Positions 10,980 through 21,000 are shown, numbered from the whole stretch's first letter. The stretch: 63,982 bases of DNA, filler included, from an uncultured bacterium (GCA_964506785.1; 7 parts of 7 records of this genome joined end to end with filler, not necessarily neighbours in it); one strand, 5' to 3'. The notes: a model not told the origin generated them from the letters alone. Translations and numbers: made by a program.

Positions 10980-10994
10980 TGGGGCTGGGTATTC

Positions 10995-11063
10995 TGTGTA
11001 ATGTGTAATGTGAAATGTGTAATGAAAAATTGGGAAATTAAATTTACAGTTTTGCATAACACA
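10995..11063. repeat. Intergenic heptamer tandem repeat (TGTGTAA)n with a degenerate inverted partner
   Basis: TGTGTAA TGTGTAA TGTGAAA TGTGTAA at 10995-11022; TTTACAG TTTTGCA TAACACA downstream. Confidence 0.75.
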
Positions 11064-11117
11064 AAAGATAAATATTGTTCAAAGACATGTTTTTAGCGAT
11101 ATAAGCGGAGGTAAAAA

Positions 11118-11858
11118 ATGCTTCTAAAAGATAAAGTAGTTATGATTACCGGATCGGCTCAAGGCATAGGGAAGGCTTGCGCCGAAAGGTTTGCCCGGGA
11201 GGGAGCTAACCTTTTTTTAGTTGATGTAAACCGGCAGTTATTAGAAAAGGTTGCTTCAGAATTTAATGATTCCGGCATAAACTGTCTTGCCTTAGAAGTG
11301 AATATTACCTCTTTAGAAAAAGTCGAAGAGGCAATCGGTAAGGCTCTTGACAAATTTAAAAGAATTGATATACTAATCAACAATGCCGGCATTACCCGTG
11401 ACGGACTTCTGGTGCGGATGAAAGAAGAAGAATGGGATAATGTTTTAGCCGTTAATCTAAAAGGGACTTTTAACTGTACCAAAGCGGTTTCTCGGGTGAT
11501 GATGAAACAAAAAGGAGGTTCTATAGTAAATATATCCTCTATCATAGGCCAGATAGGCAATGCCGGCCAGACAAATTACGCTGCTTCCAAAGCCGGAGTT
11601 ATCGGGTTAACCAAATCAGCCGCTCGGGAGTTAGCTTCTCGAGGAATCACGGTTAACGCTATTGCTCCGGGTTTTATTAAAACGAGGATGACCGACCAGC
11701 TATCTGAGGAAGTAAAAAAGAGGATGCTGCAAAACATTCCCTTGGGCAGATTAGGTGAATCAAAGGATGTAGCTAACTTAGCGTTTTTTTTAACTAGCGC
11801 TTCAGCCGGATATATAACCGGGCAAGTTTTTAGAGTAGATGGCGGAATGGTAATGTAG
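11118..11858 (+). CDS. fabG: 3-oxoacyl-ACP reductase
   Basis: TGSAQGIG, NNAGITRD, YAASK, NAIAPGFI, VDGG; position in fab cluster. Confidence 0.96.
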   Translation: MLLKDKVVMITGSAQGIGKACAERFAREGANLFLVDVNRQLLEKVASEFNDSGINCLALEVNITSLEKVEEAIGKALDKFKRIDILINNAGITRDGLLVRMKEEEWDNVLAVNLKGTFNCTKAVSRVMMKQKGGSIVNISSIIGQIGNAGQTNYAASKAGVIGLTKSAARELASRGITVNAIAPGFIKTRMTDQLSEEVKKRMLQNIPLGRLGESKDVANLAFFLTSASAGYITGQVFRVDGGMVM

Positions 11859-11921
11859 AAAAAGTAAATATCAAAAATCAAAATCACCTATTGAAAATTT
11901 TTAATTTTGATATGTCATTTT

Positions 11922-11957
11922 ACCTGCCCGTAGTTTTGTTTGGGCAACCGGGCAGGT
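11922..11957. repeat. REP-like palindrome, copy 1
   Basis: ACCTGCCCG...CGGGCAGGT perfect 9-bp arms; 26/32 identical to the copy at 12346-12377. Confidence 0.7.
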
Positions 11958-11992
11958 GATCTTTGGATTTATTAAGAAAGGAGGGAAGAACG

Positions 11993-12232
11993 GTGAGTAT
12001 TAGTGAAAAAGTAAAGGATATTGTGGTTGAACAGCTTGGGGTTAATCGAGACGAAATTACTCCGGAGGCCTCTTTTATTGATGACTTGGGGGCAGATTCT
12101 CTGGACACGGTGGAATTGGTTATGGCTTTAGAAGAAGAATTTGGGTTAGAGATTCCTGATGAAGAAGCCGAAAAAATTACTACTGTTGGCCAGGCTGTTG
12201 ATTATATCAAGAAGAAAACAGGCAAGGAATAA
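11993..12232 (+). CDS. acpP: Acyl carrier protein
   Basis: [30 protein letters not shown] before GTG 11993. Confidence 0.98.
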   Translation: MSISEKVKDIVVEQLGVNRDEITPEASFIDDLGADSLDTVELVMALEEEFGLEIPDEEAEKITTVGQAVDYIKKKTGKE

Positions 12233-12345
12233 TATTTAGAATTATCGATATAACAGAGTAGTTTTCTAAAACAGCTAATTGTTAATTTTGTCTGCCTGGT
12301 TGGTTTATTTAGACAGGTGGATCTGCTTATCTGGCAAGCAGTGGG

Positions 12346-12377
12346 CCTGCCCGTTGGTTTCTTTTGGCAGACGGGCA
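12346..12377. repeat. REP-like palindrome, copy 2 (further degenerate units at 12291-12341)
   Basis: CCTGCCCGT...ACGGGCA; direct repeat of 11923-11954. Confidence 0.7.
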
Positions 12378-12407
12378 TTTTGGAACTTCTGACTGAGGTA
12401 TACAAAC

Positions 12408-13655
12408 TTGCAGGAAACACATCGGGTGGTTATAACCGGTCTTGGTGTTATTACCCCTTTAGGCAGCGAAAAAGAAATTTTTTGGGGCAATCTAATAAAG
12501 GGAAAAAGTGGGATTGACTATATTACCCATTTTGATACCAAAGATTTTCCCAGTAAGATAGGGGCTGAGGTTAAAGATTTTGATCCCCTGAAATACATCT
12601 CTTCAAAAGAAGCCCGGCGGATGGATAAGTTTATTCAGTTTGCTGTGGCTAGCGCAAAATTAGCTATTGGTGATGCCCGGCTCGACCTGGACAAAGTTGA
12701 TAGAGATAAAATAGGTGTCTTAGTCGGTTCAGGAATTGGCGGCATCGAAACTATCGAAAGAGAACATAAAAAGCTTCTGGCTAAGGGTCCTTCCCGGATT
12801 AGTCCTTTCCTCATCCCGATGTTAATCGTCAATATGGCACCGGGTCAAATTTCTATAGAATTAGGTCTTAAAGGGCCTAATTCTTCTGTGGCTACTGCTT
12901 GCAGTAGCGCTACCCACGCTATTGGTGATGCCTTTAAAATTGTCCAGCGGGGTGATGCAGAGATAATGCTTACCGGCGGCACAGAAACAGCCCTTACCCC
13001 TCTGGGTTTTGGCGGATTTTGTGCTATGCGGGCTTTATCGACTCGTAATGATGACCCCAAAAGAGCCAGCCGTCCTTTTGATAAACTCAGGGATGGATTT
13101 CTTATGGGTGAAGGAGCCGGTATTATTATTCTGGAAACTCTGGAGTCGGCTAAAAGGCGCCGGGTGAAAATATATGCTGAAATTTGCGGTTACGGTTTAA
13201 CCGCAGATGCCTATCACATAACCGCTCCGGCTCCCGGGGGAGAAGGAGCGGCCCGTTGTATGGAGATGGCTTTAAGGGATGCCGGAATTTCCCCTGAGTC
13301 TATCGATTACATAAATGCCCATGGTACTTCAACCCAGTTAAACGACAAGTATGAAACTATGGCCGTAAAGAAAGCCTTTGGAGAACATGCTTACAAATTG
13401 GCCGTGGGTTCGACCAAATCGATGACCGGCCATCTCCTGGGAGCTGCCGGAGGGGTGGAAGCGGCTATTTGCGCTCTTGTTCTGGAAAGAGGGGTTATTC
13501 CTCCGACGATAAATTATGAGTATCCCGACCCTGATTGTGACTTGGATTATATTCCCAATCAAGCCCGCAAATCCGAAGTGAAGGTTGCTCTTTCTAACTC
13601 TCTTGGTTTTGGTGGCCATAACGCCAGCCTTGTTTTTAAGAAGTTTGATGGATAA
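12408..13655 (+). CDS. fabF: Beta-ketoacyl-ACP synthase II
   Basis: TACSS catalytic Cys, [28 protein letters not shown]. Confidence 0.97.
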   Translation: MQETHRVVITGLGVITPLGSEKEIFWGNLIKGKSGIDYITHFDTKDFPSKIGAEVKDFDPLKYISSKEARRMDKFIQFAVASAKLAIGDARLDLDKVDRDKIGVLVGSGIGGIETIEREHKKLLAKGPSRISPFLIPMLIVNMAPGQISIELGLKGPNSSVATACSSATHAIGDAFKIVQRGDAEIMLTGGTETALTPLGFGGFCAMRALSTRNDDPKRASRPFDKLRDGFLMGEGAGIIILETLESAKRRRVKIYAEICGYGLTADAYHITAPAPGGEGAARCMEMALRDAGISPESIDYINAHGTSTQLNDKYETMAVKKAFGEHAYKLAVGSTKSMTGHLLGAAGGVEAAICALVLERGVIPPTINYEYPDPDCDLDYIPNQARKSEVKVALSNSLGFGGHNASLVFKKFDG

Positions 13656-14367
13656 GTCCCGTTTAAAGCAAATAAAAGAATTAGAACGCCGGCTTAAATA
13701 TAAATTTCGAAAAAAAACATTATTGAATCAAGCTTTGAGTCATCGTTCATATATTCGTGAAAGCCGAGGTAGAGAAATCTTTCAAGCTAATGAGGAATTA
13801 GAATTTTTAGGTGACGCCGTATTAGGGTTAATCGTTTCAGAATATTTCTATCAACACTATCCTCATTCCGGCGAAGGAAACCTCTCCAGGCTCCGGGCGA
13901 ACATTGTCAATCGTGATGTGCTTTATCCCAAAGCCCTGGAGCTGAATCTAGGGAAATTCCTTTTAATCAGCCGAAGTGAAGAAAAAAGCGGAGGCAGGCG
14001 TCGAGCCGGACTTCTATCCGATGGATTAGAAGCTTTAATTGGAGCGGTTTATCTGGATGGCGGCTGGCAAAAAGCCAGGCGGTTTATTCTAAATCACTTT
14101 AGAGAAGAATTAGAAAAAGCAGGGGAGCCTCAGTATTTCCGTGATTATAAAAGTTTACTGCAGGAATTTATCCAGCGAAAACACAAAACTATTCCCCATT
14201 ATAAGGTTGTTTCGGCTGAAGGCCCGGATCATAAAAAGGTTTTTTCTGTTTCAGTGCAGTTAAAAGAGGAAATATATGGCAGGGGTAAAGGTTTAAGTAA
14301 AAAGGAAGCCGAGCAGGAAGCGGCCAAGTCCGCTTTAAAGAATTTGCAACATGGGAGGGAAGAATGA
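13648..14367 (+). CDS. rnc: Ribonuclease III
   Basis: [25 protein letters not shown], ds[11 protein letters not shown]...GPDH...SKKEAEQ. Confidence 0.97.
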   Translation: MDKSRLKQIKELERRLKYKFRKKTLLNQALSHRSYIRESRGREIFQANEELEFLGDAVLGLIVSEYFYQHYPHSGEGNLSRLRANIVNRDVLYPKALELNLGKFLLISRSEEKSGGRRRAGLLSDGLEALIGAVYLDGGWQKARRFILNHFREELEKAGEPQYFRDYKSLLQEFIQRKHKTIPHYKVVSAEGPDHKKVFSVSVQLKEEIYGRGKGLSKKEAEQEAAKSALKNLQHGREE

Positions 14368-15521
14368 GTTATCATTTAACTGATGAGCAAAATATGATTA
14401 AGGATTTGGCTCGTAAAATTGCTCAGGAAAAGATTGCTCCGGTGGCCGCAGAATTGGATGAAAAAGAGGAATTTCCTCATGAAATTTTAAAGGTTTTAGC
14501 CCGGTCGGATCTTTTCGGTGTTTACTTACCGGAAGCATACGGAGGGACCGGGGGCGGTTGCTTTGAACAGTGTTTGGTGGTTGAGGAATTAAGTAAGGCT
14601 TGTGCCGGAGTGGCCGTAAGTTATGCCGGCAGCGGTTTAGGGTGCTATCCGATTTTACTTTTTGGCAGTGAAGAGCAGAAGGAAAAATATATTCCTCCCC
14701 TGGCTCGCGGCGAAAAATTGGGTGCCTTCGGCTTGACTGAGCCGGATGCCGGAAGTGATGCTGCGGCCATTGCCATGACTGCCCGCCGCGAAAAAGATCA
14801 TTATGTTTTAAACGGCACCAAACAATGGATTACTAACGGCGGAGAAGCAGATATCTATGTTATTTTTGCCATGACCGATAAAAAAAAGGGCAGTCGGGGG
14901 GCGTCGGCTTTTATCGTTGAAAAAGGAACACCAGGATTTGATTTTGGAAAAAAGGAGAATAAATTAGGCATCAGGTCTTCATCTACCCGAGAGTTAATTT
15001 TCAATGACTGTAAGATTCCGGAAGCTAATCTTTTGTCTCGCGAGGGCATGGGTTTTATTATCGCCATGAAAACCTTTGATGTTACCCGCCCGGGGATTGG
15101 GGCGCAGGCGGTAGGTATTGCCGCTGGCGCTCTGGATGCAGCCGTTAAATATTCCCATGAGCGCAGACAATTTGGGCAGTTCATTTCTTCTTTTCAAGCC
15201 ATCCAGCATATGCTGGCGGACATGGCTACTCTTACTGAAGCCGCCCGGGCTTTAGTTTATTCTACCGCTCAAATGATTGATAGGGGCGAAAAAAATGTCT
15301 CCAGATTTTCGGCTATGTGCAAAGTTTTTGCTTCGGATACGGCTATGAAAGTAACTACCGATGCTATCCAGGTTTTCGGCGGCTACGGATATATGAAGGA
15401 ATACCCGGTAGAGAAGATGTTCCGCGATGCTAAAATCACCCAGATTTATGAAGGCACCAATCAAATTCAAAGGAATATTATCGCTTTGGACTTAATAAAG
15501 GGATTGGCTAGGAAAAAATGA
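14364..15521 (+). CDS. Acyl-CoA dehydrogenase (Bcd/CarC-like)
   Basis: FGLTEPDAGSD, NGTKQWITNG, RRQFG, GGYGYMKEYPVE, IYEGTNQIQR. Confidence 0.93.
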   Translation: MSYHLTDEQNMIKDLARKIAQEKIAPVAAELDEKEEFPHEILKVLARSDLFGVYLPEAYGGTGGGCFEQCLVVEELSKACAGVAVSYAGSGLGCYPILLFGSEEQKEKYIPPLARGEKLGAFGLTEPDAGSDAAAIAMTARREKDHYVLNGTKQWITNGGEADIYVIFAMTDKKKGSRGASAFIVEKGTPGFDFGKKENKLGIRSSSTRELIFNDCKIPEANLLSREGMGFIIAMKTFDVTRPGIGAQAVGIAAGALDAAVKYSHERRQFGQFISSFQAIQHMLADMATLTEAARALVYSTAQMIDRGEKNVSRFSAMCKVFASDTAMKVTTDAIQVFGGYGYMKEYPVEKMFRDAKITQIYEGTNQIQRNIIALDLIKGLARKK

Positions 15522-16309
15522 ATATCGTCGTCTGCATTAAACAGGTCCCGGAAACTAATGACGTAAGGATTAATAACGATACCAATACCCTTATTCGTGA
15601 AGGCGTTCCCAGCATAATCAACCCTTTTGACACCTATGCCCTTGAAGAGGCTTTAAGACTTAAGGAAAAATTAGGGGGTAAGGTTACTGTTTTTACTATG
15701 GGCCCCCCTCAGGCAGAAGAAGCTCTACGGCAAGCAATTTCGCTGGGGATTGACGAAGCCATCTTAATCAGCGACCGGAGGGTGGCCGGGTCGGATACCC
15801 TGGCGACTTCTTACACTTTGGCTGAGGCTTTGAAAAAATACGGAGAGGTTGATTTGATTATTTGCGGAAAGCAGGCGATGGATGGAGATACGGCTCAGGT
15901 TGGTCCGGGTATAGCGGAAAGTCTGGGCTTACCCCACATTACCTATGTAAAGAAGATAGAAGAAATTAGGCCTGATGATAGATATCTTAAAGTAGAAAGA
16001 ATGATGGAGGAAGGTTATGAGGTCATAGAGACGAATTTACCGGCCTTGATTACCGTCGTTAAAGAGATAAATGAGCCCAGAGTTCCGTCGCTTAAAGGGA
16101 TGATGCGGGCGAAAAAAGCAGAAATTGTTAAGTGGAGTGCCGCCGATTTAGCCTTAGACGAAAAAAAAATTGGTCTTGACGGTTCTCCTACCTGGGTAAT
16201 TAAAATATTTACGCCTGAAGCGAGAAGCGGCGGCCAGATGCTTCAAGGCTCCCCCCGGGAGCAGGTTGAACAATTGGCAGGAAAATTAAAAGAGATAAAG
16301 CTGGTTTAA
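15518..16309 (+). CDS. etfB: Electron transfer flavoprotein beta subunit
   Basis: CIKQVP, NPFD, AGSDTLAT, GKQAMDGDTAQVGP, NEPR. Confidence 0.95.
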   Translation: MNIVVCIKQVPETNDVRINNDTNTLIREGVPSIINPFDTYALEEALRLKEKLGGKVTVFTMGPPQAEEALRQAISLGIDEAILISDRRVAGSDTLATSYTLAEALKKYGEVDLIICGKQAMDGDTAQVGPGIAESLGLPHITYVKKIEEIRPDDRYLKVERMMEEGYEVIETNLPALITVVKEINEPRVPSLKGMMRAKKAEIVKWSAADLALDEKKIGLDGSPTWVIKIFTPEARSGGQMLQGSPREQVEQLAGKLKEIKLV

Positions 16310-16316
16310 TAACTAA

Positions 16317-16384
16317 AGTTTACAGCTGCCTGATTTTGCTTCTATACTATACACTATTTACTGTAAACCGTTCACTGTAAACTG
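16317..16384. repeat. Intergenic heptamer-period repeat with inverted ends
   Basis: CTATACA CTATTTA CTGTAAA CCGTTCA CTGTAAA; upstream AGTTTACAG is the reverse complement of CTGTAAACT. Confidence 0.6.
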
Positions 16385-16392
16385 AAAGAAAG

Positions 16393-17580
16393 ATGGCTAT
16401 AAAAATTCTTAAAGATAAATGTACCGGCTGTCAGCTTTGTATTCCGGCCTGTCCGTATGGTGCAATTGAGCTGGTTGATAAAAAAGCAAGTATTCTTCCA
16501 AACTGCACCCTTTGTGGCGCCTGTATCGAGGCCTGTAAATTTGGGGCAATTGTTATGGATGTAAAAAAGGAAAAGGTTGCCGATAAAGAAAGTTTCAAAG
16601 GTGTTTGGGTTTTTGCCGAATCCCGGCGGGGAGAAATTATGCCGGTCGTCTATGAACTTCTTGGCGAAGGCAGAAAACTAGCCGACGAATTAAAGACAGA
16701 TTTGTCAGCCGCACTTATCGGGAGTAAGATTAGTTCTTTGTCGTCCGGACTTATCGGCTATGGGGCCGATAAGGTTTTTGTGGTGGAGGATAAGGAGCTT
16801 AAGGATTTTCGTGACGAGCCTTTTAGTAAAGTTTTGGTTAAACTAATAGAAGAAGAGAAACCGGAAATTTTTTTGGCTGGAGCCACGGCTATTGGCCGCA
16901 GTCTCATCCCTAAAGTTGCCGCCCGCCTCAAAACCGGACTGACTGCCGATTGCACCGGTTTAGCCATTGACCCTGAGAAAAAAATTCTTCTCCAAACCCG
17001 GCCGGCCTTTGGCGGAAATATTATGGCCACCATTATTTGCCCGGAAAAGCGCCCGCAGATGTCTACTGTCCGCCATAAAGTCATGCAAAAGGCAAAGTTT
17101 GATAAGGCTCGTTCGGGGAAGGTTATAAATAAAGGGCTTAACGGTTTAGACATTTCGGCGAAAACAAAGGTCTTAAAGATGGTCGAGGATCTTACCCAGA
17201 AGGTAAATTTAACCGAAGCCAATATTATTGTTTCGGGTGGACGCGGTTTGGGGGAGGCAAAAAATTTTAAGTTAGTCGAAGATTTGGCTAAAGCTTTGGG
17301 TGGTGCGGTGGGTTCTTCCAGAAGCGCCGTTGACGCCGGCTGGATTCCTTATTCCCATCAAGTCGGCCAGACCGGGAAAACGGTTTGTCCGAATCTTTAC
17401 ATCGCCTGTGGAATTTCCGGACAGATTCAGCATTTAGCCGGTATGCAAAGCTCTAAAGTAATTGTCGCCATAAATAAAGATCCGGAAGCGCCGATTTTTA
17501 AAGTGGCCAGCTACGGCCTGGTCGGCGACCTTTTTGAAATAGTTCCGTTATTGACAAAGAGGTTTAGAGAGAGGGCATAG
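16393..17580 (+). CDS. etfA: Electron transfer flavoprotein alpha subunit with N-terminal 2x[4Fe-4S] ferredoxin domain
   Basis: CTGCQLCIPACP and CTLCGACIEAC; TGLTADCT, SGGRG, QVGQTGK, GISGQIQH. Confidence 0.95.
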   Translation: MAIKILKDKCTGCQLCIPACPYGAIELVDKKASILPNCTLCGACIEACKFGAIVMDVKKEKVADKESFKGVWVFAESRRGEIMPVVYELLGEGRKLADELKTDLSAALIGSKISSLSSGLIGYGADKVFVVEDKELKDFRDEPFSKVLVKLIEEEKPEIFLAGATAIGRSLIPKVAARLKTGLTADCTGLAIDPEKKILLQTRPAFGGNIMATIICPEKRPQMSTVRHKVMQKAKFDKARSGKVINKGLNGLDISAKTKVLKMVEDLTQKVNLTEANIIVSGGRGLGEAKNFKLVEDLAKALGGAVGSSRSAVDAGWIPYSHQVGQTGKTVCPNLYIACGISGQIQHLAGMQSSKVIVAINKDPEAPIFKVASYGLVGDLFEIVPLLTKRFRERA

Positions 17581-17678
17581 AGAATATGCCTGTTTTTTTC
17601 TATTCGCTCAGCGGAAATTTTTTACGAAATAGGGTGTTCGGTTTCCATAGATAGGTAAATTACTAAAGGAGGCATCTG

Positions 17679-18971
17679 ATGAAAAAGATTTTTGTTCTTG
17701 TAGTAATCGGGTTTTTAATTATTGCCGGTTGTGCCCGGGAAAAAGCCGGTGGTAAGGAGGAAATTGTTATTTGGCACTGGATGAGTGACCGTCAGGAGGC
17801 CTTTGATGTTTTAAGCAGCAAGTATGAAGATTTAACCGGGATAAAGGCGAAATTCAGTCTATACGCCCCGTCGGATGCCTATTCGCAGAAAATTAAAGCG
17901 GCTGCCCAAACCGATACCCTTCCTGACATTTATGGTATCCTTGGCGAGAAAAAACTTTTTGCTCTTTTTATCCAGGCCGGTAATGTTCTTGATTTAACGG
18001 ATGAGATGAATGCTAATCTGGGTCAGTGGCGCAATACGTTTTTTCCCCGGGCTTTGGCCGTCAATGAATTTCAGCCGGGGAACAGTTACGGGATAAAGTC
18101 CGGTATTTACGGTGTTCCCCTTGATGTGTCTAATGTTCAGATGGTTTATAATAAATCTCTTTTTAAAAAAGCCGGGTTAGATCCGGATAGACCCCCAAAA
18201 AGTTGGTACGAATTCATCACTGCCGGGAAAAAATTAAAGAAAGCCGGTATCGATGGTTTTGTCAGCGGTTGGGGAGAGATTTGGATGATTGAATCCTTAG
18301 CTCTGGATTGGGCGATGAATTTGATGGGAGAAGAGAAGGTTATGGCTACTTTCAGAGGAGATATCCCTTATACCGATCCGGAATGGATAAAGGTTTTTTC
18401 CCTTTTTAAACAGATGCAGGATGCGGGGATGCTTTACGATGGAATTGTCATCATGGTCAATAAGACGGCCGAGCGTCTTTTTGCCACGGGGAAAGCCGCT
18501 ATGGCTTTCAATGGTTCTTGGTGTGTTAACGTTTATAAAGAAATGAATCCAGAATTAGATTATGGCGTTTTTCCGCCGCCGCTTGTTTCCGACACCAACT
18601 TAATGCGTATTTGGGGCGGAGCCGGGTCTTCTTTTGTAATCAACAAAAAATCAGCCAAGCCTAAAGAAGCCATTGCATTTCTTAAGTGGTTAACGGCGGC
18701 TCCTCAACAGGCTTATCTGGCTGAGCGAACGCTTAATCTTCCGGCCAATAAAGAAAGTTTAGATGTTATTTCCTTTATTTTGGCCGAATTTGCCGACGAT
18801 ATGGACATTGTTACTCATCCCAATATTTGGCCGGTGGCTGAATTTCCTTTAGTTCGCGAAGCCATGGATAAAGGGATACAGTCCATTATTACCGGGGAGA
18901 AGACTCCTCGGCAGGTGGCTAAGGAAATTCAACGGGTAAAAGTCAGGGAAATCGAAAGAGAGCAGAAATAA
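17679..18971 (+). CDS. Carbohydrate ABC transporter substrate-binding lipoprotein
   Basis: Lipobox IAGC, PDI motif, YNKSLFKKAG, FATGKAAM. Confidence 0.88.
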   Translation: MKKIFVLVVIGFLIIAGCAREKAGGKEEIVIWHWMSDRQEAFDVLSSKYEDLTGIKAKFSLYAPSDAYSQKIKAAAQTDTLPDIYGILGEKKLFALFIQAGNVLDLTDEMNANLGQWRNTFFPRALAVNEFQPGNSYGIKSGIYGVPLDVSNVQMVYNKSLFKKAGLDPDRPPKSWYEFITAGKKLKKAGIDGFVSGWGEIWMIESLALDWAMNLMGEEKVMATFRGDIPYTDPEWIKVFSLFKQMQDAGMLYDGIVIMVNKTAERLFATGKAAMAFNGSWCVNVYKEMNPELDYGVFPPPLVSDTNLMRIWGGAGSSFVINKKSAKPKEAIAFLKWLTAAPQQAYLAERTLNLPANKESLDVISFILAEFADDMDIVTHPNIWPVAEFPLVREAMDKGIQSIITGEKTPRQVAKEIQRVKVREIEREQK

Positions 18972-19011
18972 AAAATAATAGCGATGTTTTTATGGTTGAC
19001 GGATCGATAAA

Positions 19012-19899
19012 ATGAATAACTGCAAACTAAAATCGGCATTATCGAATTATCTTTTTATTCTGCCTGCTTTGGTTCTTTTTTTGGTTTTCAGCATTTATCC
19101 TTTTGTGAGCATGATTCGCCTCAGTTTCTTTAGCTGGACGGGGATAGGGATATTTAAAAGGTTTGTCGGTTTATGGAACTACAAAGATACTCTTTTTAAT
19201 AATCCTATTTGGTGGCAGTCATTACGCCATGCTGCCTATATCACTTTTTTAGCCTTGACTGTACAGAATGGATTAGCTTTAATTTTAGCTTTGGCTTGCG
19301 ACCGTGATATCAAAGGAGGAAAATTCTATCGGGTAGTTTTCTATTTGCCGCCGGTTTTATCCGGAATTGTCGTTGGTTTAATCTGGACCTGGATTTTCGA
19401 TAATTATGGCTTGTTTAATCATTTTCTGAATTTAGTCGGTTTTTCTCCATTAACCCGGGCCTGGTTAGCCCGCCCCGGTTCCGCTTTAAGTTCGGTAGCG
19501 GTAATTCATATGTGGAAGGGGTTTGGCTGGGGTTTTGTCATTATGCTGGCTGGATTGCAGAGCATTCCGCGGTCCCTTTATGAAGCCGCCCGGGTTGACG
19601 GAGCCAATTCCTGGAATATCTTCCGAAAGGTTACTTTTCCTTTAATGATACCGGTTTTTATCGTCGTCGTCATTCTAACTATTTTAGGCACAATGCAGAT
19701 TTTTGATATTATCGTCGCTACCACCGGAGGCGGACCGGGGTACCATACCGAGGTGCCGATTACCCGGATAATCAGCAATATTCTAAATAACCAGCGTTTT
19801 GGTTACGCTTGTTCCCAGGGAATATTTTTTGGCTTGATTCTTCTTTTCTTTTCCTTGATTCAAATAAAAATTTCTCGAAAATTCAAGCCCCATTTCTAA
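19012..19899 (+). CDS. Carbohydrate ABC transporter permease
   Basis: FVGLWNY, LAGLQSIP..LYEAARVDGA EAA loop. Confidence 0.92.
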   Translation: MNNCKLKSALSNYLFILPALVLFLVFSIYPFVSMIRLSFFSWTGIGIFKRFVGLWNYKDTLFNNPIWWQSLRHAAYITFLALTVQNGLALILALACDRDIKGGKFYRVVFYLPPVLSGIVVGLIWTWIFDNYGLFNHFLNLVGFSPLTRAWLARPGSALSSVAVIHMWKGFGWGFVIMLAGLQSIPRSLYEAARVDGANSWNIFRKVTFPLMIPVFIVVVILTILGTMQIFDIIVATTGGGPGYHTEVPITRIISNILNNQRFGYACSQGIFFGLILLFFSLIQIKISRKFKPHF

Positions 19900-19904
19900 A
19901 AACG

Positions 19905-20753
19905 ATGAAGCTTTCTTTAGAATACAAAATAAAAAGTTTCCTGAACCAGATAGGCATCCAGATTATCTTAATTAGTGTAGCGGCAATTTGCCTTTTTCCG
20001 CTGCTTTGGACTTTATCAGCCAGCTTTAAAACCAATCAGACTATCTTCGAAAATATGAGTTTAATTCCCAGGCAGCTCCATTTTGTCAATTACTATATTG
20101 CCTGGACACAGGGACATTTTGGCACCTATTTTCTGAACAGCGTTATCTATACGGTAGTGGTGGTAACCGGTATTGTCATTATAGGCTCGATGGCTGGTTA
20201 TGCTTTAGCCCGTCTGGAATTTCCCGGCCGGAGGTTCTTTTTCTTTTTACTAATTGCCACCATGCTTATACCGGTTCCCGGAGCGATTATTGCCCTTTAT
20301 TTATTATTGATGAAGCTTCATCTGGCGAATACCCGGATTGGCTATATTCTTCCCTTGATAAATGGCGGGTTACCTTTAGCCATTTTTTTATTTAAGACTT
20401 TTTTTGAAAGGATTCCTAAAGATTTAGAGGATGCCGCCCGGATAGATGGCTGCTCTAAATTTGGCATCTACCGGCTGGTAGCTATGCCTCTGGCCCGTCC
20501 GGCCATTGCGGTTGTGGTAATATTTAATTCCTTGACCGCCTGGAATGAATACATTTTAGCTATGCTCATTTTGGAAGATGATAAACTTATGCCTTTACAA
20601 AGGGGGTTGATGAATTTTTATGGAGCTCACCTGGCCCAATGGTCAACCTTGATGGCCGGAATAATAATTACCACAATCCCTATTGTTGTTCTTTATCTTT
20701 TGATGCAGAAGCACATTATAAGCGGCATTACTGCCGGCGCGTTGAAGGGATAA
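19905..20753 (+). CDS. Carbohydrate ABC transporter permease
   Basis: AGYALAR, IPKDLEDAARIDG, WNEY, GITAGALKG; likely ATG at 19905. Confidence 0.92.
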   Translation: MKLSLEYKIKSFLNQIGIQIILISVAAICLFPLLWTLSASFKTNQTIFENMSLIPRQLHFVNYYIAWTQGHFGTYFLNSVIYTVVVVTGIVIIGSMAGYALARLEFPGRRFFFFLLIATMLIPVPGAIIALYLLLMKLHLANTRIGYILPLINGGLPLAIFLFKTFFERIPKDLEDAARIDGCSKFGIYRLVAMPLARPAIAVVVIFNSLTAWNEYILAMLILEDDKLMPLQRGLMNFYGAHLAQWSTLMAGIIITTIPIVVLYLLMQKHIISGITAGALKG

Positions 20754-20768
20754 AATAATTGTGTAATG

Positions 20769-20894
20769 TTAGATGTGTTTGTGCTTGGCAAGGTAACGAA
20801 TGAGCTTATCATCCTTAGCCTTTAGCTTAGGTGGCCCCCAAGGATCGTCTTCCATCTGAGATGTCTTACCAAATGACACTCGTGCAGCGTTAGC
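20769..20894 (-). pseudogene. thyX: Fragment of FAD-dependent thymidylate synthase N-terminus at the contig end (probably foreign or chimeric)
   Basis: Manual translation ANAARVSFGKTSQMEDDPWGPPKLKAKDDKLIRYLAKHKHI* matches the ThyX pattern NAARVSF...D.KLI.YL..H.H.SPF and stops just before SPF. Confidence 0.75.
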
Positions 20895-20895
20895 T

Positions 20896-20995
20896 NNNNN
20901 NNNNNNNNNNNNNNNNNNNNNNNNNNNNNNNNNNNNNNNTTAATTAATTAANNNNNNNNNNNNNNNNNNNNNNNNNNNNNNNNNNNNNNNNNNNN
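20896..20995. other. Artificial contig linker
   Basis: N-TTAATTAATTAA-N. Confidence 0.98.
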
Positions 20996-21000
20996 ATTAA

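Noticed and set aside
10995-11063. Possible CRISPR array
   Set aside because: Only 7-nt tandem units with no spacers; no cas genes in the window
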